34,061 nucleotides of DNA. Source: a virus. Its lineage: Duplodnaviria > Heunggongvirae > Uroviricota > Caudoviricetes. The translations under genes and the position numbers were made by a program. The notes beneath the pieces were generated by a model. That model was not told the origin of the DNA. It saw nothing but the letters and a program-made list of their open reading frames with translations, and ran no database searches. The stretch is from IMG/VR virus record IMGVR_UViG_2734482587_000013. The stretch is one strand, 5' to 3'. Below are positions 25,439 through 34,061 of this stretch, in pieces. Positions within the stretch are counted from its first letter, which is position 1. The number at the start of each line of letters is the position of its first letter.

Positions 25439-25762
25439 ATGGCAAAGAATTTTGTAGAAGAAGGAAAAACGGTGGCGATTGTTGCCAGTGCAGCCATCAG
25501 CAGCGGAGATCTGGTGCAGGTGGGTGATGTTTTTGCGGTAGCGCTGACCGATATTCCACAGGGTGAAACAGGCGACGGCCTGACCGAAGGTGTGTTTATG
25601 CTGCCTAAGCTGAAAACGGATGACATGAAAACGGGTAAGAAGGTTTATCTGAAGTCCGGAAAAGTTCAGTTGACTAACAGCGGCTCTGATCCGCTGGTCG
25701 GGGTTGTCTGGGCAGATGCCGGAACCAGTGCAGAAGAAGTGCCGGTAAAACTCAATGTCTGA
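25439..25762 (+). CDS. DUF2190-like small head protein (possible decoration/cement protein)
   Basis: Start at internal ATG 25439 preceded by GGAGA; Gly/Val-rich beta-type sequence; position immediately after the capsid gene. Confidence 0.45.
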   Translation: MAKNFVEEGKTVAIVASAAISSGDLVQVGDVFAVALTDIPQGETGDGLTEGVFMLPKLKTDDMKTGKKVYLKSGKVQLTNSGSDPLVGVVWADAGTSAEEVPVKLNV

Positions 25763-26030
25763 TCCCTTTTCCCGGCTGGCAGCGCGTATGGATGCGACCA
25801 CGGTCAGAAAGATGGGAAAGACAGCCTCGATTAATGATGTCGATATGACTGTGATCCCGGGAGAAACACTGGCAGAGCTGAATGCTCTGTCCGGACCTGC
25901 GGTCTCTCTGGTGGTGTTTTCTTCGGGATACCGCCCACGGCGCGGGGATCGCGTTGTTTATGACGGACAACAATGGACGGTCACACGGCATGAACGCTTT
26001 AACGGTAAGCCAATGATCTTTATTGAGTAA
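25755..26030 (+). CDS. Head completion / head-tail connector protein (FII-like)
   Basis: 91 aa; gene order and an RRGD-containing C-terminal segment reminiscent of lambda FII. Confidence 0.4.
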   Translation: MSDPFSRLAARMDATTVRKMGKTASINDVDMTVIPGETLAELNALSGPAVSLVVFSSGYRPRRGDRVVYDGQQWTVTRHERFNGKPMIFIE

Positions 26031-26041
26031 AGAGGTGTGGG

Positions 26042-26632
26042 ATGAAGGGGCTTGAGAATGCTATCCGCAATCTGAACAGCCTTGATACCCGTATGGTGCC
26101 ACAGGCCAGCGCATGGGCGATAAACCGTGTGGCACAGAAAGCGGTCTCGGTTGCCACCCGGCAGGTTGCCGGGAATACCGTTGCGGGAGATAACCAGGTG
26201 AAAGGGATCCCCCTGAAACTGGTACGTCAGCGTGTCCGGGTGTTTAAAGCCAGTCCGTCAGGAAAAATGACGGCCAGGATCCGCGTTAACCGGGGCAATC
26301 TGCCCGCCATCAAACTGAACACAACACGGCGGCGTGCTGGTGAAGGATTGAGAGTGGGAAAATACTTTTTCCGGGGGGCATTTATTCAGCAACTGGCGAA
26401 TGGCCGCTGGCATGTTCTGAGGCGTCTTCCTGAAGCGCGTTTTGCAACAGGGCATGACCATCAGGGCAGGCCAAGAAAAAATCGTCTTCCTGTGGAGGTA
26501 GTGAAAGTCCCGCTGTCCGGACCGCTGACACAGGCATTTGAAGATGCCCGCGACCGCATTATTGCTGCGGAAATGCCGAAACAGCTGGGGTATGCACTGA
26601 AACAACAACTGAGGTTATGGCTGACCCGATGA
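26042..26632 (+). CDS. Tail completion protein (lambda Z-like)
   Basis: 196 aa (lambda Z is about 192 aa); position between head completion genes and U. Confidence 0.5.
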   Translation: MKGLENAIRNLNSLDTRMVPQASAWAINRVAQKAVSVATRQVAGNTVAGDNQVKGIPLKLVRQRVRVFKASPSGKMTARIRVNRGNLPAIKLNTTRRRAGEGLRVGKYFFRGAFIQQLANGRWHVLRRLPEARFATGHDHQGRPRKNRLPVEVVKVPLSGPLTQAFEDARDRIIAAEMPKQLGYALKQQLRLWLTR

Positions 26633-27030
26633 ACCGACATACACAAATCCGCCAGGCCGTACTGGCACGCCTTCGGGAACAGTGTGGAGACAGCGCCACG
26701 TTTTTTGACGGGCTTCCGGCATTTATTGATGCGCAGGAACTGCCTGCCGTGGCGGTGTGGCTGAGTGATGCTCAGTACACCGGAAAAATGACGGATGAAG
26801 ATGACTGGCAGGCTGTTCTGCATATTGCTGTCTTCATCCGGGCACAGGCACCGGATTCAGAGCTGGATATGTGGATGGAGAGCACCATTTTCCCGGCCCT
26901 GAATGATATACCGGCACTTTCCGGACTCATCGACACCCTGATCCCTCTCGGTTTTAACTATCAACGTGATAATGAGATGGCCACCTGGGCGATGGCGGAA
27001 ATCACGTACCAGATCACGTACACGAATTAA
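26617..27030 (+). CDS. U: Tail terminator protein U-like
   Basis: ...ATFFDGLPAFIDAQELPAVAVWLSDAQYTG...WQAVLHIAVFIRAQAPDSELDMWMES...IPALSGLI... parallels lambda gpU as I recall it. Confidence 0.65.
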   Translation: MADPMNRHTQIRQAVLARLREQCGDSATFFDGLPAFIDAQELPAVAVWLSDAQYTGKMTDEDDWQAVLHIAVFIRAQAPDSELDMWMESTIFPALNDIPALSGLIDTLIPLGFNYQRDNEMATWAMAEITYQITYTN

Positions 27031-27035
27031 AGGAG

Positions 27036-27785
27036 GTGGCAATGACCACACCAAATCCACTGGCAAAAACGAAAGGTGCGGGAACGACGTTCTGGATGTA
27101 CACCGGCAAGGGCGATGCGTTTGCGAACCCTTTATCGGACACTGACTGGCTGCGTCTTGCGATGGTGAAGGATCTGCAACCTGGCGAAATGACCGCTGAT
27201 GCAGAAGATGACACTTATCTCGATGATGAAGATGCAGACTGGAAAACGACAACCCAGGGGCAGAAATCCGTCGGTGATACTTCGGCGACGCTGGCCTGGC
27301 GTCCGGGTGACAGCGGGCAGAAAAAACTGGTTCAGTTGTTCGACTCCGGTGAAGTCTGCGCGTTTCGTATCAAATATCCCAACGGCACTGTTGATGTTTT
27401 CCGTGGCTGGCTGAGCTCACTGGGTAAAACCATTGCCTCAAAAGACGTGATGACCCGCACAGTGAAAATCAGCGGTGTGGGGCGTCCGTATCTGGCAGAG
27501 GAAGGCACTGAAACAGTGAGCGTTACCGGGCTGACGGTGGCACCGGCATCTGCCAGTGTAAAAGTGGGAGCAACCACCACGCTGACCTTTACAGTAAAAC
27601 CTGACGGAGCCAGTGACAAAGCGATCAGTGTGCATTCGACAGATCCACAGACTGCCACGGTGACCCTGAACGGGCTTGTGGCCACGGTGAAAGGCGTGAA
27701 GCAGGGCAGTGTCAGCATTGTGGGCATGACTTCTGACGGCGATTTTGTGGCAGTGGCTGCGGTGGCTGTCAGCGCAGCAGGTTAA
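27036..27785 (+). CDS. V: Major tail protein V-like with C-terminal Ig-like (Big_2-type) domain
   Basis: 249 aa; C-terminal GLTVAPASASVKVGATTTLTFTVKPDGASDKAISVHSTDPQTATV... is Ig-like; position before G/T. Confidence 0.75.
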   Translation: MAMTTPNPLAKTKGAGTTFWMYTGKGDAFANPLSDTDWLRLAMVKDLQPGEMTADAEDDTYLDDEDADWKTTTQGQKSVGDTSATLAWRPGDSGQKKLVQLFDSGEVCAFRIKYPNGTVDVFRGWLSSLGKTIASKDVMTRTVKISGVGRPYLAEEGTETVSVTGLTVAPASASVKVGATTTLTFTVKPDGASDKAISVHSTDPQTATVTLNGLVATVKGVKQGSVSIVGMTSDGDFVAVAAVAVSAAG

Positions 27786-27803
27786 CAGGACGATACTCAT
27801 CAT

Positions 27804-27830
27804 TTGCCCCGGTTATCCGGGGCTTTTTTG
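27804..27830 (+). terminator. Intrinsic terminator between the major tail gene and G
   Basis: GCCCCGG-TTAT-CCGGGGC followed by TTTTTT. Confidence 0.65.
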
Positions 27831-27845
27831 CAGGTGGAGAACATG

Positions 27846-28232
27846 ATGTTTCTGAAACAGGGCACGTTTAATTATGAAAAGCAGTCCGTGGTGCTCAGTG
27901 AGCTGTCCGGGCTGCAGAGAATTGAATATCTGGCGTTTGTTCAGCAGCGAACGGCAAAGTTTGATGCCGAAGAGGGAGAACTGCCGGAGGCTGAACGACA
28001 GATTGCTTTTTTGCGGATGGGGATGGATATCAATGCCTGGCTGGTTTCCCGCTCACTGTGGAATGCGGAACAGTCTCAGGATGTTGAGACGCTTTGCGCA
28101 TCCGTTATTACAACATGGTCGTATGATGCCCTGGGAGCGGGGGCGGAGATGGTTCTGTCGCTGAGCGGTATGGGAGTCATTGAGAATGCCGGGGATTTGG
28201 AGCATGAGGTGCTGACGCCGGAAAAGTCCTGA
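27846..28232 (+). CDS. G: Tail assembly chaperone G
   Basis: Start at ATG 27846 (MFLKQGTFNYEKQSVVLSELSGLQRIEYLAF...) parallels lambda G (MFLKTESFEHNGVTVTLSELSALQRIEHLAL...). Confidence 0.75.
   Translation: MFLKQGTFNYEKQSVVLSELSGLQRIEYLAFVQQRTAKFDAEEGELPEAERQIAFLRMGMDINAWLVSRSLWNAEQSQDVETLCASVITTWSYDALGAGAEMVLSLSGMGVIENAGDLEHEVLTPEKS
28220..28226 (+). other. Candidate -1 programmed frameshift site for the G-T fusion
   Basis: GGAAAAG lies 2 codons before the G stop; the -1 frame is open from 28208 and continuous with T. Lambda uses GGGAAAG at the equivalent position. Confidence 0.4.
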
Positions 28233-28240
28233 CGCGGGAA

Positions 28241-28570
28241 ATGCAGTTTGTCATGCGGCTTGCCCGGGAGTTCCGGCGGGCAGACTGGCGGCGGATGCTG
28301 TCGGAAATGTCGGCCACTGAGCTTGGTGAGTGGGGCGATTATTTCCGGATGCAGAGCTTCAGTGATGTGTGGATGGATGCGCAGTTTGCCTCGCTGAAGG
28401 CATTGATCGTGAGAATGGTGTCCGGCAGCAATGATGCTGCGGTGGCTGATTTCAGCCTTTTACCGGAAGAGAACGGGATACCGGAGCGAACGGACGAAGA
28501 ACTGATGCATCTTGGGGAAGGTATTTCCGGAGGTGTGCGTTATGGACCAGATAGCCAACCTGGTCATTGA
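28241..28570 (+). CDS. T: Tail assembly chaperone T segment (expressed as G-T fusion by -1 frameshift)
   Basis: ORF in the -1 frame relative to G, immediately downstream; canonical lambdoid G/T arrangement. Confidence 0.6.
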   Translation: MQFVMRLAREFRRADWRRMLSEMSATELGEWGDYFRMQSFSDVWMDAQFASLKALIVRMVSGSNDAAVADFSLLPEENGIPERTDEELMHLGEGISGGVRYGPDSQPGH

Positions 28571-31500
28571 TTTGGGGATTGATGCGGCAGAGTTTAAAAA
28601 TGAAATTCCCCGTATCAAAAACCTTCTGAATGGTGCAGCCAGCGATGCAGAACGGTCTTCTGCCCGTATGCAGCGTTTTATGGAGCGTCAGACTCAGGCC
28701 GCCCGGCAGACAATGCAGGCGGCTTCTTCGGCTGCAACAGCCGCATCCGTCCATGCGCAGACGGTGGAGAAGAGCGCACAGGCTCATGAACGCATGGCCC
28801 GCGAGGTGGAGCAAACCCGCCAGCGCATGGAGGCGCTGAGCCAGAAAATGCGCGAGGAACAGGCGCAGGCCATGGCTCTGGCGGAGGCTCAGGATAAAGC
28901 GGCTGCCGCGTTTTATCGTCAGATTGACAGTGTGAAACAGGCCAGTGCGGGGCTGCAGGAATTACAGCGTATTCAGCAGCAGATCCGACAGGCCAGAAAC
29001 AGTGGCGGGATTGGTCAGCAGGATTATCTGGCGCTGATTTCTGAGGTTACGGCGAAAACCCGTGTTCTTACGCAGGCTGAGGAAGAGGCTACCCGACAGA
29101 AAGTGGCGTTTATCCGTCAGCTTAAAGAGCAGGCAACCCGCCAGAATCTTTCTTCTTCTGAGTTGCTTCGTGCTAAGGCTGCCCAGCTGGGGGTAAGCAG
29201 TGCTGCAGAAGTGTATATCCGCAAAATGGAGCAGGCAGGAAAAGCCACGCATTCGCTGGGTCTGAAAAGTGCAGCGGCCCGCCAGGAGATAGGCGTTCTG
29301 ATAGGTGAACTGGCCCGCGGCAATTTAGGGGCGCTGAGGGGATCCGGGATAACGCTGGCTAACCGTGCCGGATGGATAGACACTCTGATGTCACCGAAAG
29401 GCATGATGCTTGGCGGGGTTATTGGCGGTATTGCCGCGTCCGTCTATGGTCTGGGTAAAGCCTGGTATGACGGTCAGAAGGAGGGGGAAGAATTTAACCG
29501 CCAGTTGTCGCTGACGGGGCATTATGCCGGAGTCACTGCCGGGCAGCTGTGGACGCTTAGTCGTGCTATTTCCGGGAATGGTATCACGCAACATGCTGCA
29601 GCCGGTGCGCTGGCTCAGGTGGTGGGGAGTGGTGCATTTCGTGGAAACGATATCGGTATGGTGGCGAGAGCTGCCGCACAGATGGAGCGATCGGTTGGCC
29701 AGTCGGTCAGCGATACCATAAATCAGTTTAAGCGGCTGAAGGATGATCCTGTAAATGCCGCGAAGGCTCTGGACAATGAGCTGCATTTTCTTACTGCCAC
29801 TCAGCTTGAGCAGATACGTGTCCTTGGGGATCAGGGACGGTCCAGTGATGCTGCACGGATAGCCATGTCTGCACTGGCAGAGGAAACCGGTCGGCGTACT
29901 GCGGATATTGATAATAACCTCAATGCGCTGGGCAGTACGCTGAAGTATCTGTCTGATTTATGGAGTCGTTTCTGGGATGCGGCCATGAATATTGGTCGTG
30001 AAGACTCGCTGGATGAACAGATTTCCGCTTTACAGGAGAAAGTGTCGCGGGCGAAAAGACTCCCCTGGACGGCATCATCTTCTCAGGTTGAGTACGATCA
30101 GCAGCGTCTTAACGAGCTTCAGGAGAAAAAACGCCAGAAGGATTTGCAGGATGCAAAAGAGCAGGCAGAGCGGAATTATCAGGAGCAACAGAAACGCCGT
30201 AATGCTGAAAATGCTGCACTGAACCGGATGAATGAAACGGAAGCAGCACGACATCAGCGTGAAATTGCGCGTATTAATGCCATGCAGTACGCCGATCAGG
30301 CTGTCAGGGATGCGGCGATACAACGTGAAAATGAACGTTACGAGAAAGCCCTGGCATCCGGTAAGAAAAAAACACGCGAACCCCGTAATGATGAGGCCAC
30401 CCGGTTATTGCTGCAGTACAGTCAGCAACAGGCACAGGTGGAAGGACAGATTGCTGCTGCCAGACAGTCAGCAGGCATTGCCACGGAAAGGATGACAGAA
30501 GCGCATAAACAGCTTCTGGCTCTGCAGCAGCGCATCAGCGACCTGGACGGGAAAAAACTGACGGCAGATGAAAAGAGTGTGCTGGCCCGTAAAGATGAAC
30601 TGATTCAGGCACTGACGCTGCTGGATGTAAAACAGCAGGAGCTTCAGAAACAGACGGCACTCAACGAGCTGAAGAAAAAAACAATTCAGCTGACCAGTCA
30701 ACTGGCTGAAGAAGAGCGCGCTCAGCGTCAGCAACATGACCTGGATATCGCCACGGTGGGTATGGGTGATCAGCAGAGGCAGCGATATCAGGTACAACTG
30801 AGTCTTCGCCAGAAATATCAGCAACAGCTGGAGCAGTTGAGGCGGGATAGTGAGCAGAAAGGGACATATAACACGGATGACTACAGAAAGGCCGAGCAGG
30901 CGCTGACGGAGAGCCTGAACCGACAACTGAATGAGAATCGCCGTTATTGGCAACAGCTTGAAATTGCTCAGGGTGACTGGAAAAACGGAGTCCTGCGTGC
31001 ACTCCAGAATGTCACTGAGAAAGCAGATAACACAGCCGGGACAGTGGAACAGTTGTTCACGTCTGCGTTCAGTAGCATGAGTGACTGGCTGGCGACATTC
31101 TGTACTACAGGCAAACTCAATTTCAAATCCTTCACCTCTTCTGTGCTGTCAGATATGTCCAGAATCATGGCTCAGATAGCTTTAATGAAAGCGGTAAAAG
31201 GCATTGCTTCCGCGCTGCCTTTTGATTTTGTAGCCAATGCTGATGGCGGTGTTTATCAGTCGGCTGATTTGAGCCGCTACAGTGGCACGGTGGTTAACCG
31301 TCCGACGTTTTTTGCTTTTGCAAAAGGCGCGGGTGTGATGGGGGAAGCTGGACCTGAAGCCATTCTGCCACTGCGTCGTGGTGCTGACGGTAAGCTGGGG
31401 GTTGTAGCGGATATTGGTGGTTCAGGTATGGCGATGTTTGCCCCGCAGTACAACATCGAGATCAATAACGATGGCACGAACGGGCAGATAGGTCCGGCTG

Positions 31501-31598
31501 CCCTGAAGGTGGTTTATGACCTTGGGAAAAAAGCGGCAGCGGACTTTATGCAACAGCAGGCCCGTGATGGTGGTCGGTTAAGTGGAGCATATCGGTAA
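28542..31598 (+). CDS. H: Tail tape measure protein (gpH-like)
   Basis: About 1018 aa, Ala/Gln/Glu-rich and largely helical; start at ATG 28542 preceded by GGAGG; located between G/T and M. Confidence 0.85.
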   Translation: MDQIANLVIDLGIDAAEFKNEIPRIKNLLNGAASDAERSSARMQRFMERQTQAARQTMQAASSAATAASVHAQTVEKSAQAHERMAREVEQTRQRMEALSQKMREEQAQAMALAEAQDKAAAAFYRQIDSVKQASAGLQELQRIQQQIRQARNSGGIGQQDYLALISEVTAKTRVLTQAEEEATRQKVAFIRQLKEQATRQNLSSSELLRAKAAQLGVSSAAEVYIRKMEQAGKATHSLGLKSAAARQEIGVLIGELARGNLGALRGSGITLANRAGWIDTLMSPKGMMLGGVIGGIAASVYGLGKAWYDGQKEGEEFNRQLSLTGHYAGVTAGQLWTLSRAISGNGITQHAAAGALAQVVGSGAFRGNDIGMVARAAAQMERSVGQSVSDTINQFKRLKDDPVNAAKALDNELHFLTATQLEQIRVLGDQGRSSDAARIAMSALAEETGRRTADIDNNLNALGSTLKYLSDLWSRFWDAAMNIGREDSLDEQISALQEKVSRAKRLPWTASSSQVEYDQQRLNELQEKKRQKDLQDAKEQAERNYQEQQKRRNAENAALNRMNETEAARHQREIARINAMQYADQAVRDAAIQRENERYEKALASGKKKTREPRNDEATRLLLQYSQQQAQVEGQIAAARQSAGIATERMTEAHKQLLALQQRISDLDGKKLTADEKSVLARKDELIQALTLLDVKQQELQKQTALNELKKKTIQLTSQLAEEERAQRQQHDLDIATVGMGDQQRQRYQVQLSLRQKYQQQLEQLRRDSEQKGTYNTDDYRKAEQALTESLNRQLNENRRYWQQLEIAQGDWKNGVLRALQNVTEKADNTAGTVEQLFTSAFSSMSDWLATFCTTGKLNFKSFTSSVLSDMSRIMAQIALMKAVKGIASALPFDFVANADGGVYQSADLSRYSGTVVNRPTFFAFAKGAGVMGEAGPEAILPLRRGADGKLGVVADIGGSGMAMFAPQYNIEINNDGTNGQIGPAALKVVYDLGKKAAADFMQQQARDGGRLSGAYR

Positions 31599-31927
31599 TG
31601 GAGACGTTTCACTGGAAAGTGCGCCCGGATATGAATGTGGTATCAGAGCCGAAAGTGGTGACAGTGAAGCTGGGCGATGGTTATGAACAGCGTCGTGCGG
31701 CGGGACTGAATAACCAGTTGTCGACTTACAGCGTGACGATACGTGTTCGTAAATGTGAACACCCATCTTTAAAAGCCTTTCTGGAACGGCACGGTGGCGT
31801 CCGCGCATTTCAGTGGACGCCACCTTATGACTGGAAACCGATCAGGGTGGTTTGTCGTAAATGGTCGGCAAGCGTGGGGGCGCTGTGGGTAACCATAACG
31901 GCAGATTTTGAACAGGTCGTGGCATAG
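31598..31927 (+). CDS. M: Minor tail protein M
   Basis: 109 aa, same length as lambda M; TAATG overlap with H; position before L. Confidence 0.75.
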   Translation: METFHWKVRPDMNVVSEPKVVTVKLGDGYEQRRAAGLNNQLSTYSVTIRVRKCEHPSLKAFLERHGGVRAFQWTPPYDWKPIRVVCRKWSASVGALWVTITADFEQVVA

Positions 31928-31936
31928 GAGGCTCTG

Positions 31937-32635
31937 GTGCAGGATATTCCACAGGAAACACATCATGAGACGACACTCCTCACTCAGTCAGCCCAGGTGG
32001 TGCTCTGGGAAATCGATCTGACAGAGGTCGGTGGTGAACGTTATTTTTTCTGTAATGAGCAGAACGAAAAAGGTGAGCCGGTTACCTGGCAGGGGCGGCA
32101 GTATCAGGCATACCCCATTCAGGGGACGGGATTTGAACTGAACGGCAAGGGCAGTGCTGCCCGTCCGACACTGACGGTTTCTAACCTGCACGGCATGGTC
32201 ACGGGGATGGCGGAAGACCTGCAGAGTCTGGTCGGCGGAACGGTGGTCAGGCGTAAGGTTTACGCCCGTTTTCTGGATGCGGTGAACTTCGTCAACGGAA
32301 ACAGCGACGCCGATCCGGAGCAGGAGGTGATCAGCCGCTGGCGCATAGAGCAGTGCAGCGAACTGAGTGCGGTCAGTGCCTCCTTTGTGTTGTCCACACC
32401 GACGGAAACGGATGGCGCTGTTTTTCCGGGACGTATCATGCTGGCCAACACCTGCACCTGGACCTATCGCGGTGATGAGTGCGGTTATGATGGCCCGGCG
32501 GTCGCGGATGAATATGACCAGCCAACGTCCGATATCACGAAGGATAAGTGCAGCAAATGCCTGAGTGGTTGCAAGTTCCGCAATAACGTCGGCAACTTTG
32601 GCGGCTTCCTTTCCATTAACAAACTTTCGCAGTAA
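31937..32635 (+). CDS. L: Minor tail protein L
   Basis: 232 aa; ...VVLWEIDLTEVGGERYFFCNEQNEKGEPVTWQGRQYQAYPIQG... and C-terminal Cys cluster ...KDKCSKCLSGCKFRNNVGNFGGFLSINKLSQ are near-identical to lambda L as I recall it. Confidence 0.85.
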   Translation: MQDIPQETHHETTLLTQSAQVVLWEIDLTEVGGERYFFCNEQNEKGEPVTWQGRQYQAYPIQGTGFELNGKGSAARPTLTVSNLHGMVTGMAEDLQSLVGGTVVRRKVYARFLDAVNFVNGNSDADPEQEVISRWRIEQCSELSAVSASFVLSTPTETDGAVFPGRIMLANTCTWTYRGDECGYDGPAVADEYDQPTSDITKDKCSKCLSGCKFRNNVGNFGGFLSINKLSQ

Positions 32636-32640
32636 ATCCC

Positions 32641-33384
32641 ATGACAGAGACAGAATCAGCGATTCTGGCGCACGCCCGGCGATGTGCGCCAGCGGAGTCG
32701 TGCGGCTTCGTGGTGAGAACGCCGGAGGGGGAAAGATATTTTCCCTGCGTGAATATTTCCGGTGAGCCGGAGGAGTATTTCCGGATGGCTCCGGAGGACT
32801 GGCTGCAGGCAGAGATGCAGGGTGAGATTGTGGCGCTGGTTCACAGCCACCCCGGTGGTCTGCCCTGGCTGAGTGAGGCCGACCGGCGGCTGCAGGTGCA
32901 GAGTGATTTGCCGTGGTGGCTGGTCTGCCGGGGGACGATTCATAAGTTCCGCTGTGTGCCGCATCTCACCGGGCGGCGCTTTGAGCACGGGGTGACGGAC
33001 TGTTACACGCTGTTCCGGGATGCTTATCATCTGGCGGGGATTGAGATGCCGGATTTTCATCGCGAGGATGACTGGTGGCGTCACGGTCAGAATCTCTATC
33101 TGGATAATCTGGAGGCCACAGGGTTGTATCAGGTGCCGTTGTCATCAGCACAACCGGGCGATGTGCTGCTGTGCTGTTTTGGTTCATCGGTGCCGAATCA
33201 TGCCGCCATTTACTGTGGTGATGGCGAGCTGCTGCACCATATTCCTGAACAACTGAGCAAACGAGAGAGGTATACCGACAAATGGCAGCGACGCACACAC
33301 TCCCTCTGGCGTCACCGGGCATGGCGCGCATCTGCCTTTACGGGGATTTACAACGATTTGGTCGCCGCATCGACCTTCGTGTGA
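32641..33384 (+). CDS. K: Tail tip assembly protein K (MPN/JAMM-like plus NlpC/P60-like regions)
   Basis: HSHP JAMM-like motif (ALVHSHPGG) and Cys/His of an NlpC/P60-type fold (DCYTLF ... NHAAIY); order L-K-I-J. Confidence 0.8.
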   Translation: MTETESAILAHARRCAPAESCGFVVRTPEGERYFPCVNISGEPEEYFRMAPEDWLQAEMQGEIVALVHSHPGGLPWLSEADRRLQVQSDLPWWLVCRGTIHKFRCVPHLTGRRFEHGVTDCYTLFRDAYHLAGIEMPDFHREDDWWRHGQNLYLDNLEATGLYQVPLSSAQPGDVLLCCFGSSVPNHAAIYCGDGELLHHIPEQLSKRERYTDKWQRRTHSLWRHRAWRASAFTGIYNDLVAASTFV

Positions 33385-33923
33385 AAACGGGGGCTGAAGC
33401 CATCCGGGCGCTGGCCACACAGCTCCCGGCGTTTCGTCAGAAACTGAGCGACGGCTGGTATCAGGTACGGATTGCCGGGCGTGATACAGGTGAAACGGAA
33501 TTATCAGCCCGTCTTAATGAACCGCTGGCAAATGGTGCTGTGATCCATATCGTGCCGCGTCTGGCAGGAGCCAAAAGTGGCGGTGTGTTTCAGGCTGTGC
33601 TGGGGGCGGCTGTTATGGCGGTTGCTATATGGATGCCGGGGGTAGGAATTATGGCGAGTAATCTGCTGTTTTCTCTCGGTGCCAGTATGACGCTTGGCGG
33701 TGTTGCACAGATGCTGGCCCCTAAACCCAAAACCCCCAGCACACAGACAACGGATAACGGCAAACAGAACACCTATTTTTCTTCACTGGATAATATGGTT
33801 GCCCAGGGCAATGTTCTGCCCGTTCTGTACGGTGAAATGCGCGTGGGATCACGTGTGGTATCTCAGGAGATCAGCACAGCAGATGAAGGTGATGGTGGTC
33901 AGGTTGTGGTGATTGGTCGCTGA
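33282..33923 (+). CDS. I: Tail tip assembly protein I; start uncertain because the ORF overlaps the 3' end of K by about 100 nt
   Basis: ...GVFQAVLGAAVMAVAIW... hydrophobic Gly/Ala-rich segment and C-terminus ...NGKQNTYFSSLDNMVAQGNVLPVLYGEMRVGSRVVSQEISTADEGDGGQVVVIGR parallel lambda I. Confidence 0.75.
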   Translation: MAATHTLPLASPGMARICLYGDLQRFGRRIDLRVKTGAEAIRALATQLPAFRQKLSDGWYQVRIAGRDTGETELSARLNEPLANGAVIHIVPRLAGAKSGGVFQAVLGAAVMAVAIWMPGVGIMASNLLFSLGASMTLGGVAQMLAPKPKTPSTQTTDNGKQNTYFSSLDNMVAQGNVLPVLYGEMRVGSRVVSQEISTADEGDGGQVVVIGR

Positions 33924-33941
33924 TGAAAAACGTTTTATGTG

Positions 33942-33966
33942 AAACCGCCTCCGGGCGGTTTTATCG
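33942..33966 (+). terminator. Hairpin with T tract between I and J
   Basis: CCGCC-TCCG-GGCGG followed by TTTTATCGTTT. Confidence 0.45.
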
Positions 33967-33983
33967 TTTATGGAGCATGACGA

Positions 33984-34061
33984 ATGGGTAAAGGCAGCAG
34001 TAAGGGGCATACCCCGCGCGAAGCGAAGGACAACCTGAAGTCCACGCAGCTGCTGAGTGTG
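33984..34061 (+). CDS. J: Host specificity / central tail fibre protein J, first 26 codons only (runs off the window end)
   Basis: MGKGSSKGHTPREAKDNLKSTQLLSV matches the lambda J N-terminus as I recall it. Confidence 0.8.
   Translation, partial: MGKGSSKGHTPREAKDNLKSTQLLSV

Noticed and set aside
30468-31002. Minus-strand ORFs (161 and 113 aa) inside the tape measure gene
   Set aside because: Antisense to the roughly 1000-codon tape measure ORF; Leu/Gln-rich translation reflects the complement of Ala/Gln/Glu codons.
1-34061. CRISPR arrays, rRNA genes, integrase or attachment sites
   Set aside because: No regularly spaced direct repeats and no rRNA-like sequence seen. The window appears to begin inside the prophage (right of int/xis) and end within J, so att sites and integrase are expected outside it.

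Overview
This window is a nearly complete lambdoid (lambda/phage-21-like) prophage of an enterobacterial host, in integrated gene order. It runs from a leftward early operon (1250-6274, minus strand: PrtN-like protein, DnaQ-like exonuclease, DUF551 proteins, Ea22-like protein, YfdS/YfdR/YfdQ/YfdP-like block), through the immunity switch (CI-like repressor 6975-7667, Cro-like 7765-8025, 186-type CII-like), a replication/regulation block (Rha, HTH replication initiator with internal iteron-like repeats, PerC-like protein, phage Dam-like methyltransferase, LexA-DBD-like protein, RusA, KilA-N protein, DUF968/HNH protein), and antiterminator Q (14447-14812). A moron island follows (lipoprotein on the opposite strand, small ORF, orphan N6/N4 DNA methyltransferase), then a phage-21-type lysis cassette (pinholin S, SAR endolysin R, Rz/Rz1) broken by a 265-nt run of N (17493-17757), a lambda-like cos region, and a lambda-like head and tail operon from Nu1-like terminase to the start of J at the window end. 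All identifications are from reading the translations and the DNA; no database search was run. The most interesting regions are: (1) an AT-rich, oppositely oriented three-ORF module at the left edge, led by a Panacea/DUF4065-like antitoxin-type protein translationally coupled to an unknown small protein (candidate toxin-antitoxin or abortive-infection module); (2) a ~700-bp ORF-free leader between the candidate pL and the first early-left gene, carrying two perfect inverted repeats and a boxA-like motif where lambda has N/nutL; (3) the moron island between Q and the lysis genes (the position stx occupies in Stx phages). No tRNA, rRNA or CRISPR array was found.
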